64,000 nucleotides of DNA, taken from Utricularia gibba. Its lineage: Eukaryota; Plantae; Magnoliophyta. How positions within the stretch are numbered: position 1 is the first letter of the stretch; every line of letters begins with the position of its first letter. Made by a program: the position numbers and the translations under genes. Location of the stretch: positions 62,001 to 126,000 of the forward strand of contig NEEC01000042.1 in assembly GCA_002189035.1 (NCBI GenBank), written 5' to 3'. The notes under the pieces were generated by a model. The model did not search any database. It was not told where the DNA came from and worked only from the letters and a program-made list of their open reading frames with translations. Below are positions 12,001-27,000 of this stretch, in pieces.

Positions 12001-15000
12001 GGCCAGTCCGCTAGGAACTTGGTCCGGGCCCTGATTCTTTATGGCTCATGAGGACAAAAGGATGCAAATCGATGAATACAATGATGCATTTGTTTAAATT
12101 ACGATATCACGTGCACCCCACATCATTTTTTCAACAACTTACTTTATACTTGAGGAGCGGTCTTGGGGGCACCTAGAACGGACAAAGGTCAGGTTGGCTT
12201 TGCCGAAAGTTAGTTGTAGCCCGGCAAAGAAAGTGATGTATTTATTAACGTTCGGTTTTCGGGGTTGCCTACATGGTTTTTCAACGAAAAGCTTCTCGTT
12301 TTGTGGCGGCCGCTCTCGCAGGGAACTTGGTCCGGGCCCCGATGCTATATGGCTCATGAGGTCAACCAGATGCAAATCGATGAAGACAAGCATGCTTTTT
12401 TTTTTAATTACGATATCACGTGCAGCCCACATGATTTTTTCAACAACTTACTTTATACTTGAGGAGGCGGTCTTGGGGTGCACCTGGAACGGGATAAAGG
12501 TCAGGTTGGGCTTTGCCAGAGAGTTAGTTGTAGCCCGGCAAAGAAAGTGTTGTATTTATTAACGTTCGGTTTTCGGGGTTGCCGACATGGTTTTTCAAGG
12601 AACAGCTTCTCGTTTTGTGGCGGCCAGTCTCGCTAGGAACTTGGTCCGGGCCCGGATCCTTTATGGCTCATGAGGACAAAAGGATGCAAATCGATGAATA
12701 CAATGATGCATTTGTTTAAATTACGATATCACGTGCACCCCACATCATTTTTTCAACAACGTACTTTATACTTGAAGAGGCGGTCTTGGGGTGCACCTAG
12801 AACGGGACAAAGGTCAGGTTGGGCTTTGCCAGAGAGTTAGTGTAGCCCGGCAAAGAAAGTGATGTATTTATTAACGTTCGGTTTTCGGGGTTGCCTACAT
12901 GGTTTTTCAACGAAAAGCTTCTCGTTTTGTGGCGGCTGCTCTCGCTGGGAACTTGGTCCGGGCCCCCGATCCTATATGGCTCATGAGGTCAACCAGATGC
13001 AAATCGATGAAGACAAGCATGCTTTTTTTTAAATTACGATATCACGTGCACCCCACATGATTTTTTCAACAACTTACTTTATACTTGAGAAGGCGGTCTT
13101 GGGTGCACCAAGAACGGGACAAAGGTCAGGTTTGGCTTGCACCGAAAGTTAGTTGTAGCCCGGCAAATAAAGTGATGTATTTATTAACGTTCGGTTTTCG
13201 GAAGCTGCCTAAATGCTTTTTGAAAGAACATCTTCTCGTTTTTTGGCGGCCAGTCTCGCTGGGAACTTGGTCTTGACCCCGGTTCTGTATCGTCATGGGG
13301 TCAATCGGATGTAAATCGATGAAAAAAAATGATGCATTTGTTTAAATTACGATATCACGTGCACCCTCCATGATTTTTTAACAACTTACTTTATCTTGAT
13401 GAGGTGGTCTTGGGGGGAAGAGGAACGGAAAAAGGTTTGCTTAGGCTTGGGCCGAAAGTAAGTTGTAGCCCGGCAAAGAAAGTGAAGTATTTATTAAGGT
13501 TCGGTTTTCGAGGTTGCCTACATGGTTTTTCAAGGCAAACAACTTCTCTCTTTGCAGATGGTTGCTTGGCCAGTCTCGCTAGGAAAGAACTCTGGTCCGG
13601 CCCCTGATGTCTTGTATGGCATTCAGTGCAGGACAAAAGGATGCAAATCATGAATACAATGATGCATTTGTTTAAATTACGATATCACGTGCACCCCACA
13701 TCATTTTTTCAACAACTTACTTTATACTTGAGGAGGCGGTCTTGGGGTGCACCTAGAACGGGACAAAGGTCAGGTTAGGCTTTGGGCAGAAAGTAGTTGT
13801 AGCCCGGCAAAGAAAGTGATGTATTTATTAACGTTCGGTTTTCGGGTTGCCTACATGGTTTTTCAAGGAAAAGCTTCTCGTTTTGTGGCGGCTGTCTCGC
13901 TGGAACTGGTCCGGGCCCCGATTCTATATGGCTCATGAGGTCAACAGATGCAAATCGATGAATACAATGATGCGATTCACGTTGTGGGAGGCGGTCTTGG
14001 GGTGCAGTCAGGTCACTAGGTTCGGTTTTCGGGGTTGCCTACATGGTTTTTCAAGGAACAGCTTCTCGTTTTGTGGCGGCCAGTCTCGCTAGGAACTTGG
14101 TCCGGGCCCTGATTCTTTATGGCTCATGAGGACAAAAGGATGCAAATCGATGAATACAATGATGCATTTGTTTAAATTACGATATCACGTGCACCCCACA
14201 TCATTTTTTCAACAACGTACTTTATACTTGAAGAGGCGGTCTTGGGGTGCACCTAGAACGGGACAAAGGTCAGGTTGGGCTTTGCCAGAGAGTTAGTTGT
14301 AGCCCGGCAAAGAAAGTGATGTATTTATTAACGTTCGGTTTTCGGGGTTGCCTACATGGTTTTTCAACGAAAAGCTTCTCGTTTTGTGGCGGCTGCTCTC
14401 GCTGGGAACTTGGTTCGGGCCCCCGATCTATATGGCTCATGAGGTCAACCAGATGCAAATCGATGAAGACAAGCATGCTTTTTTTTTAAATTACGATATC
14501 ACGTGCACCCCCACATGATTTTTTCAACAACTTACTTTATACTTGAGAAGGCGGTCTTGGGGTGCACCAAGAACGGGACAAAGGTCAGGTTTGGCTTGCA
14601 CCGAGAGTTAGTTGTAGCCCGGCAAATAAAGTGATGTATTTATTAACGTTCGGTTTTCGGAAGCTGCCTAAATGCTTTTTGAAAGAACATCTTCTCGTTT
14701 TTTGGCGGCCAGTCTCGCTGGGAACTTGGTCCTTGACCCCGGTTCTTATCGCTCATGGGGTCAATCGGATGTAAATCGATGAAAAAAATGATGCATTTGT
14801 TTAAATTACGATATCACGTGCACCCACATCATTTTTTCAACAACGTACTTATACTTGAGGAGGTGGTCTTGCCGGACAAAGGTTTGCATAGGCTTGGGCC
14901 GAAAGTAGTTGTAGCCGGCAAAGAAAGTGAAGTATTTATTAACGTTCGGTTTTCGAGTTGCCTACATGGTTTTTCAAGGAACAACTTCTCCTTTAGTGGC

Positions 15001-18000
15001 GGCCAGTCTCGCTAGGAAGGCCGGGGGCCGGATGAGGACAAAAGGATGCAAATCGATGACAATATGCATTTGATTAAATTACGATATCGTGCACCCCACA
15101 TCATTTTTTCAACAACTTACTTTATACTTGAAGAGGCGGTCTTGGGGTGCACCTAGAACGGGACAAAGGTCAGGTTGGGCTTTGCCAGAGAGTTAGTTGT
15201 AGCCCGGCAAAGAAAGTGATGTATTATTAACGTTCGGTTTTCGGGTTGCCTACATGGTTTTTCAAGAAAAGCTTCTCGTTTTGTGGCGGCTGCTCTCGCT
15301 GGGAACTTGGTCCGGGCCCGATTCTATATGGCTCATGAGGTCAACCAGATGCAAATCGATGAATATAATGATGCATTTGTTTAAATTACGATATCACGTG
15401 CACCCTACATCATTTTTTCAACAACTTACTTTACTTGAGAGGTGGTCTTGGGGGCAAGAGGAACGGACAAGGTCAGCTTAGGCTTGGGCTGAAAGTAAGT
15501 TGTAGCCCGGCAAAGAAAGTGATGTATGTATTACGTTCGGTTTTCGGGTGCTTACATGGTTTTTCAAGGAACAACTTCTCCTTTAGTGGCGGCCAGTCCC
15601 GCTAGGAACTTGGTCCGGGCCCCTGATTCTTTATGGCTCATGAGGACAAAAGGATGCAAATCGATGAATACAATGATGCATTTGTTTAAATTACGATATC
15701 ACGTGCACCCCACATCATTTTTTCAACAACTACTTTATACTTGAAGAGGCGGTCTTGGGTGCACCTAGAACGGGACAAAGGTCAGGTTGGCTTTGCCAGA
15801 GAGTTAGTGTAGCCCGGCAAAGAAAGTGATGTATTTATTAACGTTCGGTTTTCGGGGTTGCCTACATGGTTTTTCAACGAAAAGCTTCTCGTTTTGTGGG
15901 CCGCTCTCGCAGGGAACTTGGTCCGGGCCCCGATGCTATATGGCTCATGAGGTCAACCAGATGCAAATCGATGAAGACAAGCATGCTTTTTTTTTTAATT
16001 ACGATATCACGTGCAGCCCACATGATTTTTTCAACAACTTACTTTATACTTGAGGAGGCGGTCTTGGGGTGCACCTGGAACGGATAAAGGTCAGGTTGGG
16101 CTTTGCAGAGAGTTAGTTGTAGCCCGGCAAAGAAAGTGTTGTATTTATTAACGTTCGGTTTTCGGGTTGCCGACATGGTTTTTCAAGGAACAGCTTCTCG
16201 TTTTTTGGCGGCCAGTCTCGCTAGGAACTTGGTCCGGGCCCCGATTCTTTATGGCTCATGAGGACAAAAGGATGCAAATCGATGAATACAATGATGCATT
16301 TGTTTAAATTACGATATCACGTGCACCCACATCATTTTTTCAACAACGTACTTTATACTTGAAGAGGCGGTCTTGGGGTGCACCTAGAACGGACAAAGGT
16401 CAGGTTGGGCTTTGCCAGAGAGTTAGTGTAGCCCGGCAAAGAAAGTGATGTATTTATTAACGTTCGGTTTTCGGGGTTGCCTACATGGTTTTTCAACGAA
16501 AAGCTTCTCGTTTTGTGGCGGCCGCTCTCGCTGGAACTTGGTCCGGGCCCCGATCTATATGGCTCATGAGGTCAACCAGATGCAAATCGATGAAGACAAG
16601 CATGCTTTTTTTTAAATTACGATATCACGTGCACCCACATGATTTTTTCAACAACTTACTTTATACTTGAGAGGCGGTCTTGGGGTGCACCTGGAACGGG
16701 ATAAAGGTCAGGTTGGCTTGCAGAGAGTTAGTTGTAGCCCGGCAAAGAAAGTGATGTATTTATTAACGTTCGGTTTTCGGGGTTGCCTACATGGTTTTTC
16801 AAGAAAAGCTTCTCGTTTTGTGGCGGCTGCTCTCGCTGGGAACTTGGTCCGGCCCCCGATCCTATATGGCTCATGAGGTCAACCAGATGCAAATCGATGA
16901 AGACAAGCATGATGCACAAAGGTTAGGCTTGGGCCAAAGTAAGTTGTAGCTTGCAAAGAAAGTGAAGTATTTATTAACGTTCGGTTTTCGGATTGCCTAT
17001 GCTTTCAAGGAACAACTTCTCCTTTAGTGGCGGCCAGTCTCGCTAGGAACTTGGTCCGGGCCCCGATTCTTTACGTTGCAAATCGATAAATTGATGCATT
17101 TTAAATTACGATATCACGTGCACCCCACATATTTTTTCAACAACTTACTTTATACTTGAGAGTGGTCTTGGGGGCAGAACGGGACAAAGGTCAGGTTGGG
17201 CTTGCCGAGGTAGTTGTAGCCCGGCAAAGAAAGTGATGTATTATTAACGTTCGGTTTTCGGGTTGCCTACATGGTTTTCATTCTCTTTTGTGGCGCTGTC
17301 TCTTGGAACTTGGTCTTGATTCTATTGGCTCATGGGTCAACCGATGCAAATCGATGAATATAATGATGCATTTGTTTAAATTACGATATCACGTGCACCC
17401 ACATCATTTTTTCAACAACTTACTTTATACTTGAGTAGGTGTCTTGGGGCAAGAGGAACGGACAATGGTCAGCTTAGGCTTGTGAAAGTAAGTTGTAGCC
17501 CGGCAAAGAAAGTGATTATGTATTTACGTTCGGTTTTCGGGGATGCTTACATGGTTTTTCAAGGAACAACTTCTCCTTTAGTGGCGGCCAGTCTCGCTAG
17601 GAACTTGGTCCGGGCCCTGATTCTTTATGGCTCATGAGGACAAAAGGATGCAAATCGATGAATACAATGATGCATTTGTTTAAATTACGATATCACGTGC
17701 ACCCCACATCATTTTTTCAACAACTTACTTTACTTGAAGAGGCGGTCTTGGGGTGCACCTAGAACGGGACAAAGGTCAGGTTGGGCTTTGCCAGAGAGTT
17801 AGTTGTAGCCCGGCAAAGAAAGTGATGTATTTATTAACGTTCGGTTTTCGGGGTTGCCTACATGGTTTTTCAACGAAAGCTTCTCGTTTTGTGGCGGCCG
17901 CTCTCGCAGGGAACTTGGTCCGGGCCCCCGATGCTATATGGCTCATGAGGTCAACCAGATGCAAATCGATGAAGACAAGCATGCTTTTTTTTTAATTACG

Positions 18001-21000
18001 ATATCACGTGCACCCACATGATTTTTTCAACAACTTACTTTATACTTGAGGAGGCGGTCTTGGGTGCACCTGGAACGGGATAAAGGTCAGGTTGGGCTTG
18101 CCAGAGAGTTAGTTGTAGCCCGGCAAAGAAAGTGATGTATTTATTAACGTTCGGTTTTCGGGGTTGCCTACATGGTTTTTCAAGAAAAGCTTCTCGTTTT
18201 GTGGCGGCCGTCTCGCAGGGAACTTGGTCCGGGCCCCGATTCTTATGGCTCATGAGGTCAACCAGATGCAAATCGATGAAACAAGATGCTTTTTTTTAAA
18301 TTACGATATCACGTGCACCCCACATCATTTTTTCAACAACTACTTTATACTTGAGAGGCGGTCTTGGGGTGCACCTAGAACGGGACAAAGGTCAGGTTGG
18401 GCTTTGCCAGAGAGTTAGTTGTAGCCCGGCAAAGAAAGTGATGTATTTATTAACGTTCGGTTTTCGGGGTTGCCTACATGGTTTTTCAACGAAAAGCTTC
18501 TCGTTTTGTGGCGGCTGCTCTCGCTGGGAACTTGGTCGGGCCCCCGATCTATATGGCTCATGAGGTCAACCAGATGCAAATCGATGAAGACAAGCATGCT
18601 TTTTTTTAAATTACGATATCACGTGCACCCCACATGATTTTTTCAACAACTTACTTTATACTTGAGAGGCGGTCTTGGGGTGCACCAAGAACGGGACAAA
18701 GGTCAGGTTGGCTTGCCGAGAGTTAGTTGTAGCCCGGCAAATAAAGTGATGTATTTATTAACGTTCGGTTTTCGGGTGCCTACATGCTTTTTAACATCTT
18801 CTCGTTTTTTGGCGGCCAGTCTCGCTGGGAACTTGGTCCCCCGGTTCTGTATGCTCATGGGGTCAATCGGATGTAAATCGATGAAAAAAATGATGCATTT
18901 GTTTAAATTACGATATCACGTGCACCCACATCATTTTTTCAACAACGTACTTATACTTGAGGAGGTGGTCTTGGGGGGGAGGGGAACCGGACAAAGGTTT
19001 GCATAGGCTTGGCCGAAAGTAAGTTGTAGCCCGGCAAAGAAAGTGAAGTATTTATTAACGTTCGGTTTTCGGATTGCCTACATGGTTTTTCAAGGAACAA
19101 CTTCTCCTTTAGTGGCGGCCAGTCTCGCTAGGAACTTGGTCCGGGCCCTGATTCTTTATGGCTCAAGAGGACAAAAGGATGCAAATCGATGAATACAATG
19201 ATGCATTTGATTAAATTACGATATCACGTGCACCCCACATTTTTTTCAACAACTTACTTTATACTTGAAGAGGCGGTCTTGGGTGCACCTAGAACGGGAC
19301 AAAGGTCAGGTTGGGCTTTGCCAGAGAGTTAGTTGTAGCCCGGCAAAGAAAGTGATGTATTTATTAACGTTCGGTTTTCGGGGTTGCCTACATGGTTTTT
19401 CAACGAAAAGCTTCTCGTTTTGTGGCGGCTGCTCTCGCTGGGAACTTGGTCCGGGCCCTTGATTCTATATGGCTCATGAGGTCAACCAGATGCAAATCGA
19501 TGAATATAATGATGCATTTGTTTAAATTACGATATCACGTGCACCTACATCATTTTTTCAACAACTTACTTTATACTTGAGAGGTGGTCTTGGGGGCAAG
19601 AGGAACGGACAAAGGTCAGCTTAGGCTTGGGCTGAAAGTAAGTTGTAGCCCGGCAAAGAAAAGTGATGTATTATTACGTTCGGTTTTCGGGGATGCTTAC
19701 ATGGTTTTTCAAGGAACAACTTCTCGTTTAGTGGCGGCCAGTCGCTAGGAACTTGGTCCGGGCCCTGATTTTTATGGCTCATGAGGACAAAAGGATGCAA
19801 ATCGATGAATACATGATGCATTTGTTTAAATTACGATATCACGTGCACCCACATCATTTTTTCAACAACGTACTTTATACTTGAAGAGGCGGTCTTGGGG
19901 TGCACCTAGAACGGGACAAAGGTCAGGTTGGGCTTTGCCAGAGAGTTAGATGTAGCCCGGCAAAGAAAGTGATGTATTTATTAACGTTCGGTTTTCGGGT
20001 TGCCTACATGGTTTTTCAACGAAAAGCTTCTCGTTTTGTGGCGGCTGCTCTCGCTGGGAACTTGGTCGGCCCCCGATCCTATATGGCTCATGAGGTCAAC
20101 CAGATGCAAATCGATGAAGACAAGCATGCTTTTTTTTAAATTACGATATCACGTGCACCCCACATGATTTTTTCAACAACTTACTTTATACTTGAGAGGC
20201 GGTCTTGGGGTGCACCAAGAACGGGACAAAGGTCAGGTTTGGCTTGCACCGAGAGTTAGTTGTAGCCCGGCAAATAAAGTGATGTATTTATTAACGTTCG
20301 GTTTTCGAAGCTGCCTAAATGCTTTTTGAAAGAACATCTTCTCGTTTTTTGGCGGCCAGTCTCGCTGGGAACTTGGTCCTTGACCCCGGTTCTGTATCGC
20401 TCATGGGGTCAATCGGATGTAAATCGATGAAAAAAAATGATGCATTTGTTTAAATTACGATATCACGTGCACCCTCCATGATTTTTTTAACAACTTACTT
20501 TATACTTGAGAGGTGGTCTTGGGGGCAAGAGGAACGGAAAAAGGTCAGCTTAGGCTTGGGCCGAAAGTAAGTTGTAGCCCGGCAAATAAAGTGAAGTATT
20601 TATTAACGTTCGTTTTCGAGGTTGCCTACATGGTTTTTCAAGGAACAACTTCTCCTTTAGTGGCGGCCAGTCTCACTAGGAACTTGGTCCGGGCCCCTTA
20701 TTCTTTATGGCTCAAGAGGACAAAAGGATGCAAATCGATGAATACAATGATGCATTTGATTAAATTACGATATCACGTGCACCCACATCATTTTTTCAAC
20801 AACTTACTTTATACTTGAGAGGCGGTCTTGGGGTGCACCTAGAACGGGACAAAGGTCAGGTTGGGCTTTGCCAGAGAGTTAGTTGTAGCCCGGCAAAGAA
20901 AGTGATGTATTTATTAACGTTCGGTTTTCGGGTTGCCTACATGGTTTTTCAAGGAAAAGCTTCTCGTTTTGTGGCGGCTGCTCTCGCTGGGAACTTGGTC

Positions 21001-24000
21001 CGGGCCCCGATTCTATATGGCTCATGAGGTCAACAGATGCAAATCGATGAATGATGCTTTTTTTTTTAATTACGATATCACGTGCAGCCCACATGATTTT
21101 TTCAACAACTTACTTTATACTTGAGGAGGCGGTCTTGGGGTGCACCTGGAACGGGATAAAGGTCAGGTTGGGCTTTGCCAGAGAGTTAGTTGTAGCCCGG
21201 CAAAGAAAGTGTTGTATTTATTAACGTTCGGTTTCGGGGTTGCCTACATGGTTTTTCAAGGAACAGCTTCTCGTTTTGTGGCGGCCAGTCTCACTAGGAA
21301 CTTGGTCCGGGCCCTGATTCTTTATGGCTCATGAGGACAAAAGGATGCAAATCGATGAATACAATGATGCATTTGTTTAAATTACGATATCACGTGCACC
21401 CCACATCATTTTTTCAACAACGTACTTTATACTTGAAGAGGCGGTCTTGGGTGCACCTAGAACGGGACAAAGGTCAGGTTGGGCTTTGCCAAAGAGTTAG
21501 TTGTAGCCCGGCAAAGAAAGTGATGTATTTATTAACGTTCGGTTTTCGGGGTTGCCTACATGGTTTTTCAACGAAAAGCTTCTCATTTTGTGGCGGCTGC
21601 TCTCGCTGGGAACTTGGTTCGGGCCCCCGATCCTATATGGCTCATGAGGTCAACCAGATGCAAATCGATGAAGACAAGCATGCTTTTTTTTAAATTACGA
21701 TATCACGTGCACCCCACATGATTTTTTTCAACAACTTACTTTATACTTGAGAAGGCGGTCTTGGGGTGCACCAAGAACGGGACAAAGGTCAGGTTTGGCT
21801 TGCACGAGAGTTAGTTGTAGCCCGGCAAATAAAGTGATGTATTTATTAACGTTCGGTTTTCGGGCTGCCTAAATGCTTTTTGAAAGAACATCTTCTCGTT
21901 TTTTGGCGGCCAGTCTCGCTGGGAACTTGGTCCTTGACCCCGGTTCTGTATCGCTCATGGGGTCAATCAGATGTAAATCGATGAAAAAAATGATGCATTT
22001 GTTTAAATTATGATATCACGTGCACCCCATGATTTTTTTAACAACTTACTTTATACTTGATGAGGTGGTCTTGGGGGCAGAGGAACGGAAAAGGTCAGCT
22101 TAGGCTTGGGCCGAAAGTAAGTTGTAGCCCGGCAAATAAAGTGAAGTATTTATTAACGTTCGTTTTCGAGGTTGCCTACATGGTTTTTCAAGGAACAACT
22201 TCTCCTTTAGTGGCGGCCAGTCTCACTAGGAACTTGGTCTGGGCCCCTTATTCTTTATGGCTCAAGAGGACAAAAGGATGCAAATCGATGAATACAATGA
22301 TGCATTTGATTAAATTACGATATCACGTGCACCCACATCATTTTTTCAACAACTTACTTTATACTTGAGAGGCGGTCTTGGGGTGCACCTAGAACGGGAC
22401 AAAGGTCAGGTTGGGCTTTGCCAGAGAGTTAGTTGTAGCCCGGCAAAGAAAGTGATGTATTTATTAACGTTCGGTTTTCGGGTTGCCTACATGGTTTTTC
22501 AAGGAAAAGCTTCTCGTTTTGTGGCGGCTGCTCTCGCTGGGAACTTGGTCCGGGCCCCCGATTCTATATGGCTCATGAGGTCAACAGATGCAAATCGATG
22601 AATATAATGATGCTTTTTTTTAATTACGATATCACGTGCAGCCCACATGATTTTTCAACAACTTACTTTATACTTGAGGAGGCGGTCTTGGGGTGCACCT
22701 GGAACGGGATAAAGGTCAGGTTGGGCTTTGCCAGAGAGTTAGTTGTAGCCCGGCAAAGAAAGTGTTGTATTTATTAACGTTCGGTTTCGGGGTTGCCTAC
22801 ATGGTTTTTCAAGGAACAGCTTCTCGTTTTGTGGCGGCCAGTCTCACTAGGAACTTGGTCCGGGCCCTGATTCTTTATGGCTCATGAGGACAAAAGGATG
22901 CAAATCGATGAATACAATGATGCATTTGTTTAAATTACGATATCACGTGCACCCCACATCATTTTTTCAACAACTACTTTATACTTGAAGAGGCGGTCTT
23001 GGGTGCACCTAGAACGGGACAAAGGTCAGGTTGGGCTTTGCCAAAGAGTTAGTTGTAGCCCGGCAAAGAAAGTGATGTATTTATTAACGTTCGGTTTTCG
23101 GGGTTGCCTACATGGTTTTTCAACGAAAAGCTTCTCGTTTTGTGGCGGCTGCTCTCGCTGGGAACTTGGTCCGGGCCCCCGATCTATATGGCTCATGAGG
23201 TCAACCAGATGCAAATCGATGAAGACAAGCATGCTTTTTTTTAAATTACGATATCACGTGCACCCACATGATTTTTTCAACAACTTACTTTATACTTGAG
23301 AAGGCGGTCTTGGGGTGCACCAAGAACGGGACAAAGGTCAGGTTTGGCTTGCACGAGAGTTAGTTGTAGCCCGGCAAAAAGTGATGTATTTATTAACGTT
23401 CGGTTTTTGGAAGCTGCCTATGCTTTTTGAAAGAACATCTTCTCGTTTTTGGCGGCCAGTCTCGCTGGGAACTTGGTCCTTGACCCGGTTCTGTATCGCT
23501 CATGGGTCAAAGATGTAAATCGATGAAAAAATGATGCATTTGTTTAAATTACGATATCACGTGCACCCCATGATTTTTTAACAACTTACTTTATACTTGA
23601 GAGGTGGTCTTGGGGGGCAAGAGGAACCGGAAAAAGGTCAGCTTAGGCTTGGGCCGAAAGTAAGTTGTAGCCCGGCAAATAAAGTGAAGTATTTATTAAC
23701 GTTCGTTTTCGAGGTTGCCTACATGGTTTTTCAAGGAACAACTTCTCTTTAGTGGCGGCCAGTCTCACTAGGAACTTGGTCCGGGCCCCTATTCTTTATG
23801 GCTCAAGAGGACAAAAGGATGCAAATCGATGAATACAATGATGCATTTGATTAAATTACGATATCACGTGCACCCACATCATTTTTTCAACAACTTACTT
23901 TTATACTTGTAGAGGCGGTCTTGGGTGCACCTAGAACGGGACAAAGGTCAGGTTGGGCTTTGCCAGAGAGTTAGTTGTAGCCCGGCAAAGAAAGTGATGT

Positions 24001-27000
24001 ATTTATTAACGTTCGGTTTTCGGGTTGCCTACATGGTTTTTCAAGGAAAAGCTTCTCGTTTTGTGGCGGCTGCTCTCGCTGGGAACTTGGTCCGGGCCCC
24101 CGATTCTATATGGCTCATGAGGTCAAAGATGCAAATCGATGAATATAATGATGCTTTTTTTTTTAATTACGATATCACGTGCAGCCCACATGATTTTTCA
24201 ACAACTTACTTTATACTTGAGGAGGCGGTCTTGGGGCACCTGGAACGGGATAAAGGTCAGGTTGGGCTTTGCCAGAGAGTTAGTTGTAGCCCGGCAAAGA
24301 AAGTGTGTATTTATTAACGTTCGGTTTCGGGGTTGCCTACATGGTTTTTCAAGGAACAGCTTCTCGTTTTGTGGCGGCCAGTCTCACTAGGAACTTGGTC
24401 CGGGCCCTGATTCTTTATGGCTCATGAGGACAAAAGGATGCAAATCGATGAATACAATGATGCATTTGTTTAAATTACGATATCACGTGCACCCCACATT
24501 TTTTCAACAACTACTTTATACTTGAAGAGGCGGTCTTGGGGTGCACCTAGAACGGGACAAAGGTCAGGTTGGGCTTTGCCAGAGAGTTAGTTGTAGCCCG
24601 GCAAAGAAAGTGATGTATTTATTAACGTTCGGTTTTCGGGGTTGCCTACATGGTTTTTCAACGAAAAGCTTCTCGTTTTTGTGGCGGCTGCTCTCGCTGG
24701 GAACTTGGTCGGGCCCCGATCCTATATGGCTCATGAGGTCAACCAGATGCAAATCGATGAAGACAAGCATGCTTTTTTTTAAATTACGATATCACGTGCA
24801 CCCCACATGATTTTTTCAACAACTTACTTTATACTTGAGAAGGCGGTCTTGGGGTGCACCAAGAACGGGACAAAGGTCAGGTTTGGCTTGCACCGAGAGT
24901 TAGTTGTAGCCCGGCAAATAAAGTGATGTATTTATTAACGTTCGGTTTTCGGAAGCTGCCTAAATGCTTTTTGAAAGAACATCTTCTCGTTTTTGGCGGC
25001 CAGTCTCGCTGGGAACTTGGTCTTGACCCCGGTTCTGTATCGCTCATGGGGTCAATCGGATGTAAATCGATGAAAAAAAATGATGCATTTGTTTAAATTA
25101 CGATATCACGTGCACCCACATCATTTTTTCAACAACGTACATTATACTTGAGGAGGTGGTCTTGGGGGGAGGGGAACCGGACAAAGGTTTGCATAGGCTT
25201 GGCCGAAAGTAAGTTGTAGCCCGGCAAAGAAAGTGAAGTATTTATTAACGTTCGGTTTTCGAGATTGCCTACATGGTTTTTCAAGGAACAACTTCTCCTT
25301 TAGTGGCGGCCAGTCTCGCTAGGAACTTGGTCCGGGCCCCTGATTCTTTACGGCTCAAGAGGACAAAAGGATGCAAATCGATAAATACAATGATGCATTT
25401 GATTAAATTACGATATCACGTGCACCCCACATCATTTTTTCAACAACTTACTTTATACTTGAAGAGGCGGTCTTGGGGTGCACCTAGAACGGGACAAAGG
25501 TCAGGTTGGGCTTTGCCAGAGAGTTAGTTGTAGCCCGGCAAAGAAAGTGATGTATTTATTAACGTTCGGTTTTCGGGGTTGCCTACATGGTTTTTCAACG
25601 AAAAGCTTCTCGTTTTGTGGCGGCTGCTCTCGCTGGGAACTTGGTCCGGGCCCTGATTCTATATGGCTCATGAGGTCAACCAGATGCAAATCGATGAATA
25701 TAATGATGCATTTGTTTAAATTACGATATCACGTGCACCCTACATCATTTTTCAACAACTTACTTTATACTTGAGTAGGTGGTCTTGGGGGGCAAGAGGA
25801 ACCGGACAATGGTCAGCTTAGGCTTGGGCTGAAAGTAAGTTGTAGCCCGGCAAAGAAAAGTGATGTATGTATTTACGTTCGGTTTTCGGGATGCTTACAT
25901 GGTTTTTCAAGGAACAACTTCTCCTTTAGTGGCGGCCAGTCCCGCTAGGAACTTGGTCCGGGCCCCTGATTCTTTATGGCTCATGAGGACAAAAGGATGC
26001 AAATCGATGAATACAATGATGCATTTGTTTAAATTACGATATCACGTGCACCCCACATCATTTTTTCAACAACTTACTTTATACTTGAAGAGGCGGTCTT
26101 GGGGTGCACCTAGAACGGGACAAAGGTCAGGTTGGGCTTTGCCAGAGAGTTAGTTGTAGCCCGGCAAAGAAAGTGATGTATTTATTAACGTTCGGTTTTC
26201 GGGGTTGCCTACATGGTTTTTCAACGAAAAGCTTCTCGTTTTGTGGCGGCCGCTCTCGCAGGGAACTTGGTCCGGGCCCCCGATGCTATATGGCTCATGA
26301 GGTCAACCAGATGCAAATCGATGAAGACAAGCATGCTTTTTTTTAATTTACGATATCACGTGCAGCCCACATGATTTTTTCAACAACTTACTTTATACTT
26401 GAGGAGGCGGTCTTGGGGTGCACCTGGAACGGGATAAAGGTCAGGTTGGGCTTTGCCAGAGAGTTAGTTGTAGCCCGGCAAAGAAAGTGATGTATTTATT
26501 AACGTTCGGTTTTCGGGTTGCCACATGGTTTTTCAAGGAACAGCTTCTCGTTTTGTGGCGGCCAGTCTCGCTAGGAACTTGGTCCGGGCCCCGATTCTTT
26601 ATGGCTCATGAGGACAAAAGGATGCAAATCGATGAATACAATGATGCATTTGTTTAAATTACGATATCACGTGCACCCACATCATTTTTTCAACAACTAC
26701 TTTATACTTGAAGAGGCGGTCTTGGGGTGCACCTAGAACGGGACAAAGGTCAGGTTGGGCTTTGCCAGAGAGTTAGTTGTAGCCCGGCAAAGAAAGTGAT
26801 GTATTTATTAACGTTCGGTTTCGGGGTTGCCTACATGGTTTTTCAACGAAAAGCTTCTCGTTTTGTGGCGGCCGCTCTCGCAGGGAACTTGGTCCGGGCC
26901 CCGATGCTATATGGCTCATGAGGTCAACCAGATGCAAATCGATGAAGACAAGCATGCTTTTTTTTAATTACGATATCACGTGCACCCACATGATTTTTTC

